Source: a virus
Virus genome (UHGV): UHGV-1370579
Reading direction: 5' to 3' (one strand)
Length of the DNA stretch: 64,000 nt
Shown: positions 8,803 through 16,043 of the stretch, piece after piece
Layout: every line of letters begins with the position of its first letter
Position numbering within the stretch: the stretch's first letter is position 1
Notes under the pieces: model-generated
Seen by the model: the letters and a program-made list of their open reading frames with translations, nothing else
Databases searched by the model: none
What the model was told of the DNA's origin: nothing
Position numbers and translations under genes: made by a program

Positions 8803-9090
8803 TTGAAGGAGATGCTGATGCATCCTGAAAACTTCTTTATTTACTGCGCGGATAAGTCGCTGAAACGTAGAATTAACAAAGTCTATCATTATCGTGCTAG
8901 TCAACAGCCTTATGTATATGCTTTTGATGGTGATCACATTCCATTAGAACAATTATCTTGTGACTACATGATATTGAAGAACTTTGACGAGACAAAGATC
9001 TCAAGCGTTCATAATCGACAGAATCCCTTAACGTGGAAATATAGGAAGAAAAAGAAAGGCATCAAATTCTTAAAAAATGTAGTTGCTTAG
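8803..9090 (+). CDS. hypothetical protein (95 aa, TTG start)
   Basis: ORF with ggag SD; basic C-terminus. Confidence 0.45.
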   Translation: MKEMLMHPENFFIYCADKSLKRRINKVYHYRASQQPYVYAFDGDHIPLEQLSCDYMILKNFDETKISSVHNRQNPLTWKYRKKKKGIKFLKNVVA

Positions 9091-9135
9091 TTTCCAAAAG
9101 TTCTGTATAATAATTACATAAATTGAACTGGAGAA
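9083..9135 (+). promoter_or_regulatory. T5-type early promoter module
   Basis: ttgctt 9083-9088, tctgtataat 9102-9111, leader cataaattgaactggagaagc. Confidence 0.5.
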
Positions 9136-9159
9136 GCAACATGACAGAACAAGATAAAC

Positions 9160-9235
9160 CGACCGTTGGCTGAATGGCTTAGGCGAAGGATTGCAAATCC
9201 TTTTTATGTGAGTTCAAATCTCATGCGGTCGTCCA
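9160..9235 (+). tRNA. tRNA-Cys(GCA)
   Basis: acceptor cgaccgt/gcggtcg, anticodon stem aagga/tcctt with loop ttgcaaa, T-arm gtgag-ttcaaat-ctcat, CCA. Confidence 0.8.
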
Positions 9236-9256
9236 ATTTGCTAAAGGAAAGAAGTA

Positions 9257-9775
9257 GTGCATACAAAAGTTTTTGATAGTTTGGTAAAGAAAGGCGTTGT
9301 TACTAATGAGCCCTTCTATATAACCGCAGAACTAATCCAAAGATTTATGGAAGAATATATAAATCTTTCAGGAACCAATGGTAATACCAAAAAGAATACG
9401 AATACTATGTATTCGAGAAAACTTGCTGCACTTTCCTTTATAAAGTTTAAGCAGGAAAATAAACTTCCTATTTCTGAAGGTTTTGTATACTGTATTAGTA
9501 ACCCTGCATGGAAAAATCAGTATAAAATAGGTATGAGTCAAAATCCAAAAGAGAGATTAGCTCAATATCAGACTTATTCCCCTTATAGGGATTATAAGTT
9601 AGAGCATTGGTCTTTTTGGTTTGACAAACGAAAAGGTGAAAAACTAATTCACCAGTATTTCAAAGATTTAAAAGAACATGAGTGGTTTAGTATAAATTCT
9701 AGGGATCTTAGTAAATATCTAGAACGTATTAACTCTAGTTCTGACTTATATGGTTCCTTAGCTCTAATTGGTTAG
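9257..9775 (+). CDS. T5orf172-domain (GIY-YIG superfamily) protein, putative homing-endonuclease-like
   Basis: GFVYCISNPAWKNQYKIGMSQNPKERLAQYQTYSP...EWF matches the T5orf172/MUG113 motif; GTG start; 3' end overlaps tRNA-Asn. Confidence 0.7.
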   Translation: MHTKVFDSLVKKGVVTNEPFYITAELIQRFMEEYINLSGTNGNTKKNTNTMYSRKLAALSFIKFKQENKLPISEGFVYCISNPAWKNQYKIGMSQNPKERLAQYQTYSPYRDYKLEHWSFWFDKRKGEKLIHQYFKDLKEHEWFSINSRDLSKYLERINSSSDLYGSLALIG

Positions 9776-9829
9776 AGCGGCATCTTGTTAAGTTGAGGGT
9801 TGCTGGTTCGAATCCAGCAGGAACCGCCA
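9752..9829 (+). tRNA. tRNA-Asn(GTT)
   Basis: acceptor ggttcct/aggaacc, D arm gctc..gagc, anticodon loop ttgttaa, T-arm gctgg-ttcgaat-ccagc, CCA; 5' half overlaps the end of CDS 9257-9775. Confidence 0.65.
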
Positions 9830-9931
9830 AATTCTGTGTAGAGTTAAGTAAACCGGTAGCCAACCAGCTATCATTGCTGACATCGAACTCAGCCACAGGT
9901 ACCATTTTCATTAATAACTGAGGAAACAAGC

Positions 9932-10117
9932 ATGTCCAAGAATGTGATTGCGCAACTAGAAGTTCATCGTGATAGCACTATCAACAATATTGAAGTTGAG
10001 AAGAAATACATCGAAGAACTTAAACATGATATACTAGTAAGTCTCAATCGTCTTAATGTACGAAAAGAGTTTCTTAAAGAACTTAATGCAGCTATTGAAA
10101 AACTCAAAGCTGAGTAA
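9932..10117 (+). CDS. small hypothetical coiled-coil protein (61 aa)
   Basis: ORF with gaggaaacaagcATG. Confidence 0.5.
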   Translation: MSKNVIAQLEVHRDSTINNIEVEKKYIEELKHDILVSLNRLNVRKEFLKELNAAIEKLKAE

Positions 10118-10127
10118 ATAAATTATG

Positions 10128-10203
10128 CGACCGGGGCTGGCTTGGTAATGGTACTCCCCTGTCACGGGAGGGAATGTGGGTTCAAATCCCATCGGTCGCG
10201 CCA
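10128..10203 (+). tRNA. tRNA-Asp(GTC)
   Basis: acceptor gcgaccg/cggtcgc, anticodon stem ctccc/gggag with loop ctgtcac, T-arm gtggg-ttcaaat-cccat, CCA. Confidence 0.85.
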
Positions 10204-10228
10204 ACTTAATTCAGTATGAGAATATACT

Positions 10229-10576
10229 ATGCGTAATGCTAAAGAAGAGCTGTTACTCGCCTTAAAAAATACCAATTCTAAAGTTAAGTGTATTAAAATA
10301 GAATTTGGGTATTATGGGGATAAAAAAGTCTGGGTATTACCTTTAGGCTATACAGAAGAAGATATTGAGAATTTTCTTAATAATCTAGACTTTGAGTATG
10401 ATTCTGGATACGGTGGACAATTACTTTATGGTAATGTATGGTTTGCCGATGGAACTTGGCTAGAACGTGGGGAATATGATGGTGCTGAGTGGTGGGAATA
10501 CAAGGCCACCCCAGCAATCCCAGAGGATTGCCGAACAATTAATGGTGAAGTAGATAATACTTTACGGTTAAACTAA
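10229..10576 (+). CDS. hypothetical protein (115 aa)
   Basis: ORF between tRNA-Asp and the non-coding island. Confidence 0.5.
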   Translation: MRNAKEELLLALKNTNSKVKCIKIEFGYYGDKKVWVLPLGYTEEDIENFLNNLDFEYDSGYGGQLLYGNVWFADGTWLERGEYDGAEWWEYKATPAIPEDCRTINGEVDNTLRLN

Positions 10577-10940
10577 CAGAATTTCAGTGCAGAACACGGA
10601 GCTAGCAATTCGGAAGTGCTGACTCATGATAAGCTGCCTATGTACTTGCGAAGCGGTCGTGTCCAAGACTCGGACTCTTGCACTGAAAACAATCAAACAT
10701 TCTAGCGTGGTTGATGGGGAAACCAGCTTGGCGAGGGCAGAAGCTCGTTCGATTCGAGTGAAAGAATGGTTCTCGTAAGTCCGCACAAGTGATAACAGGT
10801 TCGAGTCCTGTCTAGAATGACACTATAAAGTCTACTTATTATGTAGGTTCCGATAGATCGGCGGGTCTATTCTGGCATTTAAGAGAGGTCTCGCAAACTT
10901 CTTTGTCAGCCGTGGGGTTGGTAGCCTCCAGGTAGCCTAC
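10577..10940 (+). other. non-coding island with T-loop-like motifs (gctcg-ttcgatt-cgagt; acagg-ttcgagt-cctgt) but no complete cloverleaf; candidate pseudo-tRNAs or ncRNA
   Basis: two GTTCGA(T/G)TC T-arm remnants without acceptor pairing or CCA; hairpin gtccaagactcggac. Confidence 0.35.
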
Positions 10941-10967
10941 ACAATAAGTAAATTTATTAAAAATTCA

Positions 10968-11020
10968 TTTGCTATTCAGCTTAATTATCTTTATAATATA
11001 TTTTATAAAGTGAAGAGAAG
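10968..11020 (+). promoter_or_regulatory. T5-type early promoter module
   Basis: tttgct 10968-10973, tataat 10992-10997, leader ataaagtgaagagaagg. Confidence 0.5.
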
Positions 11021-11029
11021 GAAAGCAAA

Positions 11030-11188
11030 ATGAAACACAAGATAGCTCAAGTTTTTATGGCATTATGGTGTATGCCCATAGCTATAACAGCATTTAATCT
11101 AGATACTTTTACTATAGAAGAAAAATGTATCGGATTAGTTAGCGGCTTTAGTATGCTGGGCTTATCTTTGTTGTGGTTGAAGAAATAA
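11030..11188 (+). CDS. small membrane protein (52 aa)
   Basis: ATG after leader; two hydrophobic segments. Confidence 0.4.
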   Translation: MKHKIAQVFMALWCMPIAITAFNLDTFTIEEKCIGLVSGFSMLGLSLLWLKK

Positions 11189-11192
11189 TATT

Positions 11193-11270
11193 CTCCGTGT
11201 AGCTCAGTTTGGCCAGAGCGTTTCGTTTGGGGCGATAGGGTCGGGGGTTCAAATCCTCCCACGGAGACCA
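11193..11270 (+). tRNA. tRNA-Pro(TGG)
   Basis: acceptor ctccgtg/cacggag, anticodon loop tttgggg, T-arm ggggg-ttcaaat-cctcc, CCA. Confidence 0.7.
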
Positions 11271-11276
11271 AACAAT

Positions 11277-11354
11277 TGCGGGTTAGATCTCTGGTAGAGA
11301 TCGCTAGTCTCATAAGCTAGAAAGAGGTAGGTTCGATTCCTGCACCCGCTTCCA
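11277..11354 (+). tRNA. tRNA-Met/Ile2(CAT)
   Basis: acceptor tgcgggt/acccgct (1-72 mismatch), D arm gatc..gatc, anticodon stem ctagt/gctag with loop ctcataa, T-arm gtagg-ttcgatt-cctgc, CCA. Confidence 0.7.
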
Positions 11355-11374
11355 TTTTAATAGAGGATTTCGAA

Positions 11375-11539
11375 ATGAAAGTATTTCGATTAGTAGTAAG
11401 TGACAAACGTTTAGGTAATAATACCTCAAGATCCTTACTTGCACATTATGGAAAAGATGAAAAAGAAGTAATGGCGGAGTTTGGGATTAATCATTCTTAC
11501 TTAAAAGTCCATTCTATTAAGGAAGTTTATGCTTATTAA
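11375..11539 (+). CDS. small hypothetical protein (54 aa)
   Basis: ATG with ggatttcgaaATG; overlaps start of next gene by 11 nt. Confidence 0.35.
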   Translation: MKVFRLVVSDKRLGNNTSRSLLAHYGKDEKEVMAEFGINHSYLKVHSIKEVYAY

Positions 11540-12002
11540 CCGTGTACTTCAAGCCCTGGATCTTCCAAAGCACTTTACTATTACTGACTCCTTAATACGT
11601 AGGTATATGGAGAAGTATAACGAAATATCCGGTAAAGAAGGTAAACTAAAATCCTCAGAGTTTAAGTTCTGTTATAGAATGGCAGCGTTAAACTTACTGA
11701 AGTATAAAAGGGAGCATAAAATCCCTATAACAGAAGGGTTTGTATATGTAATAGGTAACCCAGCGTGGCCTGGACTCTATAAGATAGGTATGACAGTAGA
11801 CGTAAATGAAAGACTGTCTAGTTATCAAACATATTCGCCCTATCGTGATTACAAGTTATACCATTTTAGATTCTCCTCGGACAAGAGAAGAACTGAAAAA
11901 GCATTACATAATCTTCTGAAAGACTACAAAGTATCAGGAGAATGGTTTGAAGTACCTCTGTTAGACGCTTTTAAACTATTAGTAGAGAATTTGGATTGCT
12001 AG
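11529..12002 (+). CDS. T5orf172-domain (GIY-YIG superfamily) protein, putative homing-endonuclease-like
   Basis: GFVYVIGNPAWPGLYKIGMTVDVNERLSSYQTYSP...GEWFEV is a paralog of 9257-9775; stop overlaps tRNA-Lys 5' end. Confidence 0.7.
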   Translation: MLINRVLQALDLPKHFTITDSLIRRYMEKYNEISGKEGKLKSSEFKFCYRMAALNLLKYKREHKIPITEGFVYVIGNPAWPGLYKIGMTVDVNERLSSYQTYSPYRDYKLYHFRFSSDKRRTEKALHNLLKDYKVSGEWFEVPLLDAFKLLVENLDC

Positions 12003-12070
12003 CTCAACTGGATAAGAGTAGCGGACCTTTAATCCGTCAGTTCTGGGTTCGAATCCCAGGCAATCCACCA
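11993..12070 (+). tRNA. tRNA-Lys(TTT)
   Basis: acceptor ggattgc/gcaatcc, anticodon stem gcgga/tccgt with loop cctttaa, T-arm ctggg-ttcgaat-cccag, CCA. Confidence 0.7.
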
Positions 12071-12077
12071 AATTTTT

Positions 12078-12151
12078 GCTCGGTTAGTTTAATGAGAGAA
12101 CCCCGTCTTTACACGGCGGTAGCGATAGTTAGATTCTATCACCGAGTACCA
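12078..12151 (+). tRNA. tRNA-Val(TAC) with non-canonical T-loop (ttagatt)
   Basis: acceptor gctcggt/accgagt, anticodon stem ccgtc/gacgg-like with loop tttacac, T-arm gatag-ttagatt-ctatc, CCA. Confidence 0.65.
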
Positions 12152-12175
12152 AGTCCAAGAAATTTCAAAAACGCA

Positions 12176-12235
12176 TTTGCTTAATGCTTAATTTCTTGTT
12201 ATAATATTTATATAAATTGATGAGGAGAAATCCTC
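12176..12235 (+). promoter_or_regulatory. T5-type early promoter module followed by hairpin gatgaggagaaatcctcatc
   Basis: tttgct 12176-12181, tataat 12200-12205. Confidence 0.5.
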
Positions 12236-12239
12236 ATCT

Positions 12240-12440
12240 TAGTTCACTAAGGTATTAGCTCGACCTAGGACTGGCTGCCAAAAAGCACGATCCCTACGAT
12301 TTGGGAGAAGTTCTAGATTAGTCCACTAGATTCATGGCAACTGAATAGTGTATCGGGTTTGCGAGATGACGCGGTTCCTTCCGCTCGAAGCGAAGGTGCT
12401 GTAGTTACGCCGAGCTAATAGCCTTAGTAAACTAAAGAAT
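12240..12440 (+). other. candidate structured ncRNA (about 200 nt) between promoter and tRNA-Ala
   Basis: long-range complementarity attagctcg (about 12256) / cgagctaat (about 12410); no ORF; transcribed from the promoter at 12176. Confidence 0.3.
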
Positions 12441-12442
12441 TT

Positions 12443-12516
12443 GGGGATATAGTTTAATGGTAGAACATCTGCTTTGCACGCAGAAGACGAGGGTTCAACT
12501 CCCTCTTTCTCCACCA
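12443..12516 (+). tRNA. tRNA-Ala(TGC)
   Basis: acceptor ggggata/tttctcc (one mismatch), anticodon stem tctgc/gcaga with loop tttgcac, T-arm gaggg-ttcaact-ccctc, CCA. Confidence 0.7.
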
Positions 12517-12521
12517 AATTC

Positions 12522-12606
12522 GGGGCTATGCTGGAACTGGTAGACAATACGGCCTTAGATTCCGTAGCTTAAATGCGTGGGAGTTCGAGTCTCCCTAGCC
12601 CCACCA
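12522..12606 (+). tRNA. tRNA-Leu(TAG), type II
   Basis: acceptor ggggcta/tagcccc (perfect), anticodon loop cttagat, long variable arm, T-arm gggag-ttcgagt-ctccc, CCA. Confidence 0.75.
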
Positions 12607-12609
12607 AAT

Positions 12610-12690
12610 TTGATGGTCAGAGTAAATTAAACCTACTATCTCGGTTGAGCTGTTTTAATGGGTTCGAATCCCAGCGAGGCGTAACTGCCT
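12610..12690 (+). other. degenerate tRNA-like element (T-arm tggg-ttcgaat-ccca, no acceptor closure or CCA)
   Basis: canonical T-loop but no cloverleaf could be closed. Confidence 0.3.
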
Positions 12691-12718
12691 GGTGTGATAG
12701 AGGCATCATCTTATTATT

Positions 12719-12809
12719 GGAAGAGCAAATCGAATTGGCGACGAAAACCGCTTGGAAAGTGGCTGACTGGTAAAACGGCTTGAGAGTTCAAATCTCTCCT
12801 CTTCCGCCA
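12719..12809 (+). tRNA. tRNA-Ser(GGA), type II
   Basis: acceptor ggaagag/ctcttcc (perfect), anticodon loop ttggaaa, long variable arm, T-arm gagag-ttcaaat-ctctc, CCA. Confidence 0.65.
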
Positions 12810-12816
12810 AACAAAT

Positions 12817-12906
12817 GGAAGGTAGGGCGTAGTGGTACGCAACTAGTCTTGAAAACTAGCCCGCTGTAGTGATACGGTGATGGTTCGACTCCATTACCTT
12901 CCTCCA
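12817..12906 (+). tRNA. tRNA-Ser(TGA), type II
   Basis: acceptor ggaaggt/accttcc, anticodon stem ctagt/actag with loop cttgaaa, long variable arm, T-arm gatgg-ttcgact-ccatt, CCA. Confidence 0.75.
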
Positions 12907-12926
12907 ATTAACTATAAGGAATCCTT

Positions 12927-13100
12927 ATGAGCAAAACAGTTACTGTAACAATGAAGGACGGTAAAAAATTTAAAGCATGCCTTCATGAAACAGATAATGG
13001 ATGGGCAGCCTATTTGCCTCACCTAGACTCCACCGGGTATGGAATGACCCAGCGTGAAGCTATTGTTGATGCTTTAAATGAGGCTTCTGCTGGTTTATAA
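12927..13100 (+). CDS. small protein with HicB-like/UPF0150-like fold (58 aa)
   Basis: MSKTVTVTMKDGKKFKACLHETDNGWAAYLPHLDSTGYGMTQREAIVDALNEA resembles HicB-family antitoxin N-domain; SD aaggaatccttATG. Confidence 0.4.
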   Translation: MSKTVTVTMKDGKKFKACLHETDNGWAAYLPHLDSTGYGMTQREAIVDALNEASAGL

Positions 13101-13153
13101 AAATTCTTGGAATATGCCGGAATTGGTAGACGGGACTGCCGAATAGGTTTACT

Positions 13154-13239
13154 AGGAACATCCACTCCTAGAAATATACCTTAAAAGCGGTTGAGATAAA
13201 TGGTCTATCTCGTGAAGGTTCAACTCCTTCTGTTCCTTG
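13154..13239 (+). tRNA. tRNA-like (type II, CCA not encoded); isotype unresolved
   Basis: perfect acceptor aggaaca/tgttcct and T-arm gaagg-ttcaact-ccttc; anticodon arm not confidently folded. Confidence 0.35.
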
Positions 13240-13369
13240 ATATATCAATGGCTCAAAGTGTAACGGTGCTATTTGATGCGCTTGGAAAGACTTTCCCGAC
13301 ATGCGTTCGGGGGTAAGCTTCTGGGGCTAGAATAGAAGAGTTTCTGAGAGCCGCCACAATTGAAAATTC

Positions 13370-13470
13370 GTACTCGTCTTGAGCTGCGTGCAATAGGAGA
13401 TAACTTGATTAGTATTCTAGAACATGCTAATTGAGGATGGTTTCGCTAACCCTGCGAGTTTTCAATTGTG
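13370..13470 (+). other. long-range stem (gccacaattgaaaa / ttttcaattgtggc) enclosing about 70 nt and overlapping the 5' acceptor of tRNA-His
   Basis: 14-bp perfect inverted repeat at about 13372-13385 and 13456-13470. Confidence 0.35.
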
Positions 13471-13544
13471 GCTATATCATAATTGGTTAATGATCCTGAT
13501 TGTGAATCAGGCCTATGTGGATTCGAATTCCACTAGCCACCCCA
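13468..13544 (+). tRNA. tRNA-His(GTG)
   Basis: acceptor gtggcta/tagccac, anticodon stem cctga/tcagg with loop ttgtgaa, T-arm gtgga-ttcgaat-tccac, CCA. Confidence 0.8.
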
Positions 13545-13569
13545 AATTAACTTAAATAGGAAATAAAAT

Positions 13570-13764
13570 ATGGCTGATTTCTGCAAGCAATGCTCCCTTG
13601 ATATGTGGGGCAGAGATACTGGTGACTTATCTGGTCTGATTACAGAAGCCGAAGTCAAAGAAGGTTATGGTGCAGTTGTGGTTTGCGAAGGATGCGGAGT
13701 CATTCGAGTAGATCATGAAGGTAAGCGCCTTGAAGAACCTGAGCCAATTACTCTACTTCCGTAG
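13570..13764 (+). CDS. small zinc-ribbon protein (64 aa; CxxC...CxxC)
   Basis: ORF with aggaaataaaatATG; two Cys pairs. Confidence 0.5.
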   Translation: MADFCKQCSLDMWGRDTGDLSGLITEAEVKEGYGAVVVCEGCGVIRVDHEGKRLEEPEPITLLP

Positions 13765-13777
13765 AGTAAAGAATTAT

Positions 13778-13853
13778 TGGGATGTAGATCAATTGGCAGA
13801 TCGTCGGCCTCTGACTCCGAAGGTTCCACGTTCGATCCGTGGCATCCCAGCCA
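13778..13853 (+). tRNA. tRNA-Gln(CTG)
   Basis: acceptor tgggatg/catccca, anticodon stem tcgg(c)/(t)ccga with loop ctctgac, T-arm ccacg-ttcgatc-cgtgg, CCA. Confidence 0.75.
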
Positions 13854-13859
13854 AATTAT

Positions 13860-13935
13860 TGGAGAGTAGTGTAACGGTTAGCACAACGGCCTTTGACTCC
13901 GTTAATGGTAGGTTCGATTCCTCCTTCTCCAGCCA
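13860..13935 (+). tRNA. tRNA-Gln(TTG)
   Basis: acceptor tggagag/ttctcca, anticodon stem acgg/ccgt with loop ctttgac, T-arm gtagg-ttcgatt-cctcc, CCA. Confidence 0.7.
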
Positions 13936-13942
13936 AATTAAT

Positions 13943-14017
13943 GCGTGATTAGTTCAGTGGCTAGAATAACTGGCTTCCAACCAGTAGACACGAGTTCGAC
14001 TCTCGTATCCCGCACCA
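13943..14017 (+). tRNA. tRNA-Gly(TCC)
   Basis: acceptor gcgtgat/atcccgc (one mismatch), anticodon stem actgg/ccagt with loop cttccaa, T-arm acgag-ttcgact-ctcgt, CCA. Confidence 0.8.
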
Positions 14018-14031
14018 AATAAGGAATCTCT

Positions 14032-14253
14032 ATGCACGTTTTTGAGTTTCGTAATAAAAGTACCGATAAACGAGTTATCATTATTGGGGAAACATACCGA
14101 GCTTATGAACAAACTGACGGCTCTGTTATCTTGAATGATGAGAAAGGAGGTTTTAGCTTTTACCCAGAAGAAACGTATGAAGAGTTTCGTACTAAGTTTC
14201 TTTTACCAGACTGGCTAGCAGTAGCCAAGCAACGAGAATCCGAAGATGGCTGA
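14032..14253 (+). CDS. hypothetical protein (73 aa)
   Basis: ORF with aaggaatctctATG. Confidence 0.5.
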   Translation: MHVFEFRNKSTDKRVIIIGETYRAYEQTDGSVILNDEKGGFSFYPEETYEEFRTKFLLPDWLAVAKQRESEDG

Positions 14254-14410
14254 TAACCTAAAATTAAAGGTTGACAAACAAAAGAAATACGTTGAGATTG
14301 AATTAGGCGAAGAACGTTTAAAGCTAACTTTCGAGTTTCTTCAGCAGTTGGCAATGACAGTAATGTCAGATAAATCCCCTGTATTTGAAAAAGAAATCCC
14401 ATTGAAATAA
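14246..14410 (+). CDS. small hypothetical protein (54 aa)
   Basis: start overlaps previous stop (gATGgctga). Confidence 0.4.
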   Translation: MADNLKLKVDKQKKYVEIELGEERLKLTFEFLQQLAMTVMSDKSPVFEKEIPLK

Positions 14411-14420
14411 TGGGATTATC

Positions 14421-14495
14421 GCTCCTAAAGCATTGCTGGCGATGCAGTTGCCTTGTAAGCATCTGAACCGGGTTCGATTCCTGGTGGGAGCACCA
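14421..14495 (+). tRNA. tRNA-Thr(TGT)
   Basis: acceptor gctccta/tgggagc, D arm gcat..atgc, anticodon loop cttgtaa, T-arm ccggg-ttcgatt-cctgg, CCA. Confidence 0.75.
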
Positions 14496-14509
14496 AATTT
14501 AAAAATTCA

Positions 14510-14562
14510 TTTGCCTTCTCTCTTATTTCTTGTTATAATATTTATATAAATTAATGAGAGGG
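14510..14562 (+). promoter_or_regulatory. T5-type early promoter module
   Basis: tttgcc 14510-14515, tataat 14534-14539, leader ataaattaatgagaggg. Confidence 0.5.
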
Positions 14563-14569
14563 AAACCAA

Positions 14570-14863
14570 ATGAAGCGTTATCTTTCTGTAGTATTCCAAA
14601 CTGGTGGCCAAAGATATACCTATGAATTTCCATCTTCTTGGAAAATCAAAGAAGGTGATCAAGTAGTTGTGTTAACACCGCGTGAAGAGTATAAAGTAGT
14701 AACGGTTAAACAGGTATTTCCAAAAGATCATGAACCAGCTAAAGGCATTCGCTATAAGATGATTCATGGTGTAGTTCGTCAAGTACCACGAACTGAGGTA
14801 GAAATAGATAAGACTGGAGAAGCTAAATTCCATTATACTTCTTACCTAAACGAGATACGATAA
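14570..14863 (+). CDS. hypothetical protein (97 aa)
   Basis: ORF after promoter module. Confidence 0.55.
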   Translation: MKRYLSVVFQTGGQRYTYEFPSSWKIKEGDQVVVLTPREEYKVVTVKQVFPKDHEPAKGIRYKMIHGVVRQVPRTEVEIDKTGEAKFHYTSYLNEIR

Positions 14864-15069
14864 TGAGAATTTCTTTTACAGAAAAGATTATGTGTAGCGG
14901 CGTAATGATCATTACAGCATGGGAGGGTAAACTATGGTGTAATGTATCTGGCCTAAAACCAGAAGATCAAACACCTGAAAACATCCGCAAAATAAAAAGA
15001 AAAATGGTGGAATGTGCCCGACTTCCCGGTGCGCCTAGAAATGGTAAACGTTCTGCAACCAAATATTAA
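14863..15069 (+). CDS. hypothetical protein (68 aa)
   Basis: start overlaps previous stop (taATGa). Confidence 0.45.
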   Translation: MRISFTEKIMCSGVMIITAWEGKLWCNVSGLKPEDQTPENIRKIKRKMVECARLPGAPRNGKRSATKY

Positions 15070-15070
15070 T

Positions 15071-15147
15071 GCTTCGGTAGCTTAGCGATCTAAAGCACTC
15101 GGCTGATAACCGAGAGATCGGGGGTTTAAATCCCTCCCGGAGTACCA
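15071..15147 (+). tRNA. tRNA-Ile(GAT) with non-canonical T-loop (tttaaat)
   Basis: acceptor gcttcgg/ccggagt, anticodon stem ctcgg/ccgag (perfect) with loop ctgataa, T-arm ggggg-tttaaat-ccctc, CCA. Confidence 0.75.
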
Positions 15148-15243
15148 AATTTAGGAATTAAGACTATGCGTCCAGGAAAGTTTAAAAAAGCTAATTGGTC
15201 TAAAGAGTACAAAGAATACTTACTTAGTCTAGTAAAACATAAT

Positions 15244-15318
15244 AGTTAGTTGGCAGAGTGGTTATGCACCTCCTTCATACGGAGCGACTACAGTGGTTCA
15301 AATCCACTACTAACTACC
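15244..15318 (+). tRNA. tRNA-Met/Ile2(CAT)
   Basis: acceptor agttagt/actaact (perfect), anticodon loop ttcatac, T-arm agtgg-ttcaaat-ccact, CCA. Confidence 0.7.
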
Positions 15319-15356
15319 ATTAAAAGAGCTAGAGATAGCTAAATATAGGAGCAATT

Positions 15357-15551
15357 ATGTTAACAGTTAAAATAATGTCCACTGATGGTGGTGAGCAGAT
15401 TCATGTTGGTAAAAGCGTAGGGTTTAATCCCAGAAATAAAAGCATAGCTATTTCTGGAATAGATCAAGCAATCTTCTTAAAAGAAGATGAAGTAGCATAC
15501 GTTATGAACCAAACTGGTAAGACAGTTTCTGTATATCGTGGTAAACTATAG
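15357..15551 (+). CDS. hypothetical protein (64 aa)
   Basis: ORF with ataggagcaattATG. Confidence 0.5.
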   Translation: MLTVKIMSTDGGEQIHVGKSVGFNPRNKSIAISGIDQAIFLKEDEVAYVMNQTGKTVSVYRGKL

Positions 15552-15593
15552 AGAATAAAGAGCTGAGCCAATTTCTAACATCGGGGAGAGCTA

Positions 15594-15962
15594 ATGAAAG
15601 CATATCAAAATCTTAAGTCTGGCGTAATTAATCTTGTTCATGATAATCAGATTATTCAACTGTACTCTAAAGATGGTGAACTTAAACAAAAAGTTCTGGT
15701 TGAGGATCTAGAAGGTATCACACCACATTTTGACCCAGAATCCTTCCGTGAAGTCAAGGTGGAAGTAGTTCCTCAAATCGAGGGAGGTCAGCACCTAAAT
15801 GTCAATGTGTTAAGTCGTGATCAGCTTTTGGATGCACAGAAACATCCTGAAAAATACCCTCAATTAACTATCCGTGTTTCAGGGTATGCTGTACGTTTTA
15901 ACTCACTGACGCGTGAACAGCAGAACGACGTTATTAGTCGTACATTTACTCAGGCGATGTAA
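15594..15962 (+). CDS. grcA: autonomous glycyl-radical cofactor (GrcA/YfiD-like)
   Basis: C-terminal [29 protein letters not shown] is the glycyl-radical RVSGY motif; size (122 aa) matches GrcA. Confidence 0.85.
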   Translation: MKAYQNLKSGVINLVHDNQIIQLYSKDGELKQKVLVEDLEGITPHFDPESFREVKVEVVPQIEGGQHLNVNVLSRDQLLDAQKHPEKYPQLTIRVSGYAVRFNSLTREQQNDVISRTFTQAM

Positions 15963-16043
15963 TGGGGCTTGGATACGGTTTCTACGAACTACGTAAGGTA
16001 GTCGAGCAAACTCCATTTATCTCCCAAGTTTTAGGAGAAATGT

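Noticed and set aside
9735-12547. Minus-strand ORFs 9735-9929, 10568-10786, 11047-11313 and 12332-12547, and plus-strand ORFs 11996-12184 and 12573-12773
   Set aside because: All overlap well-supported tRNA genes or the structured non-coding islands, and have no translation signals.
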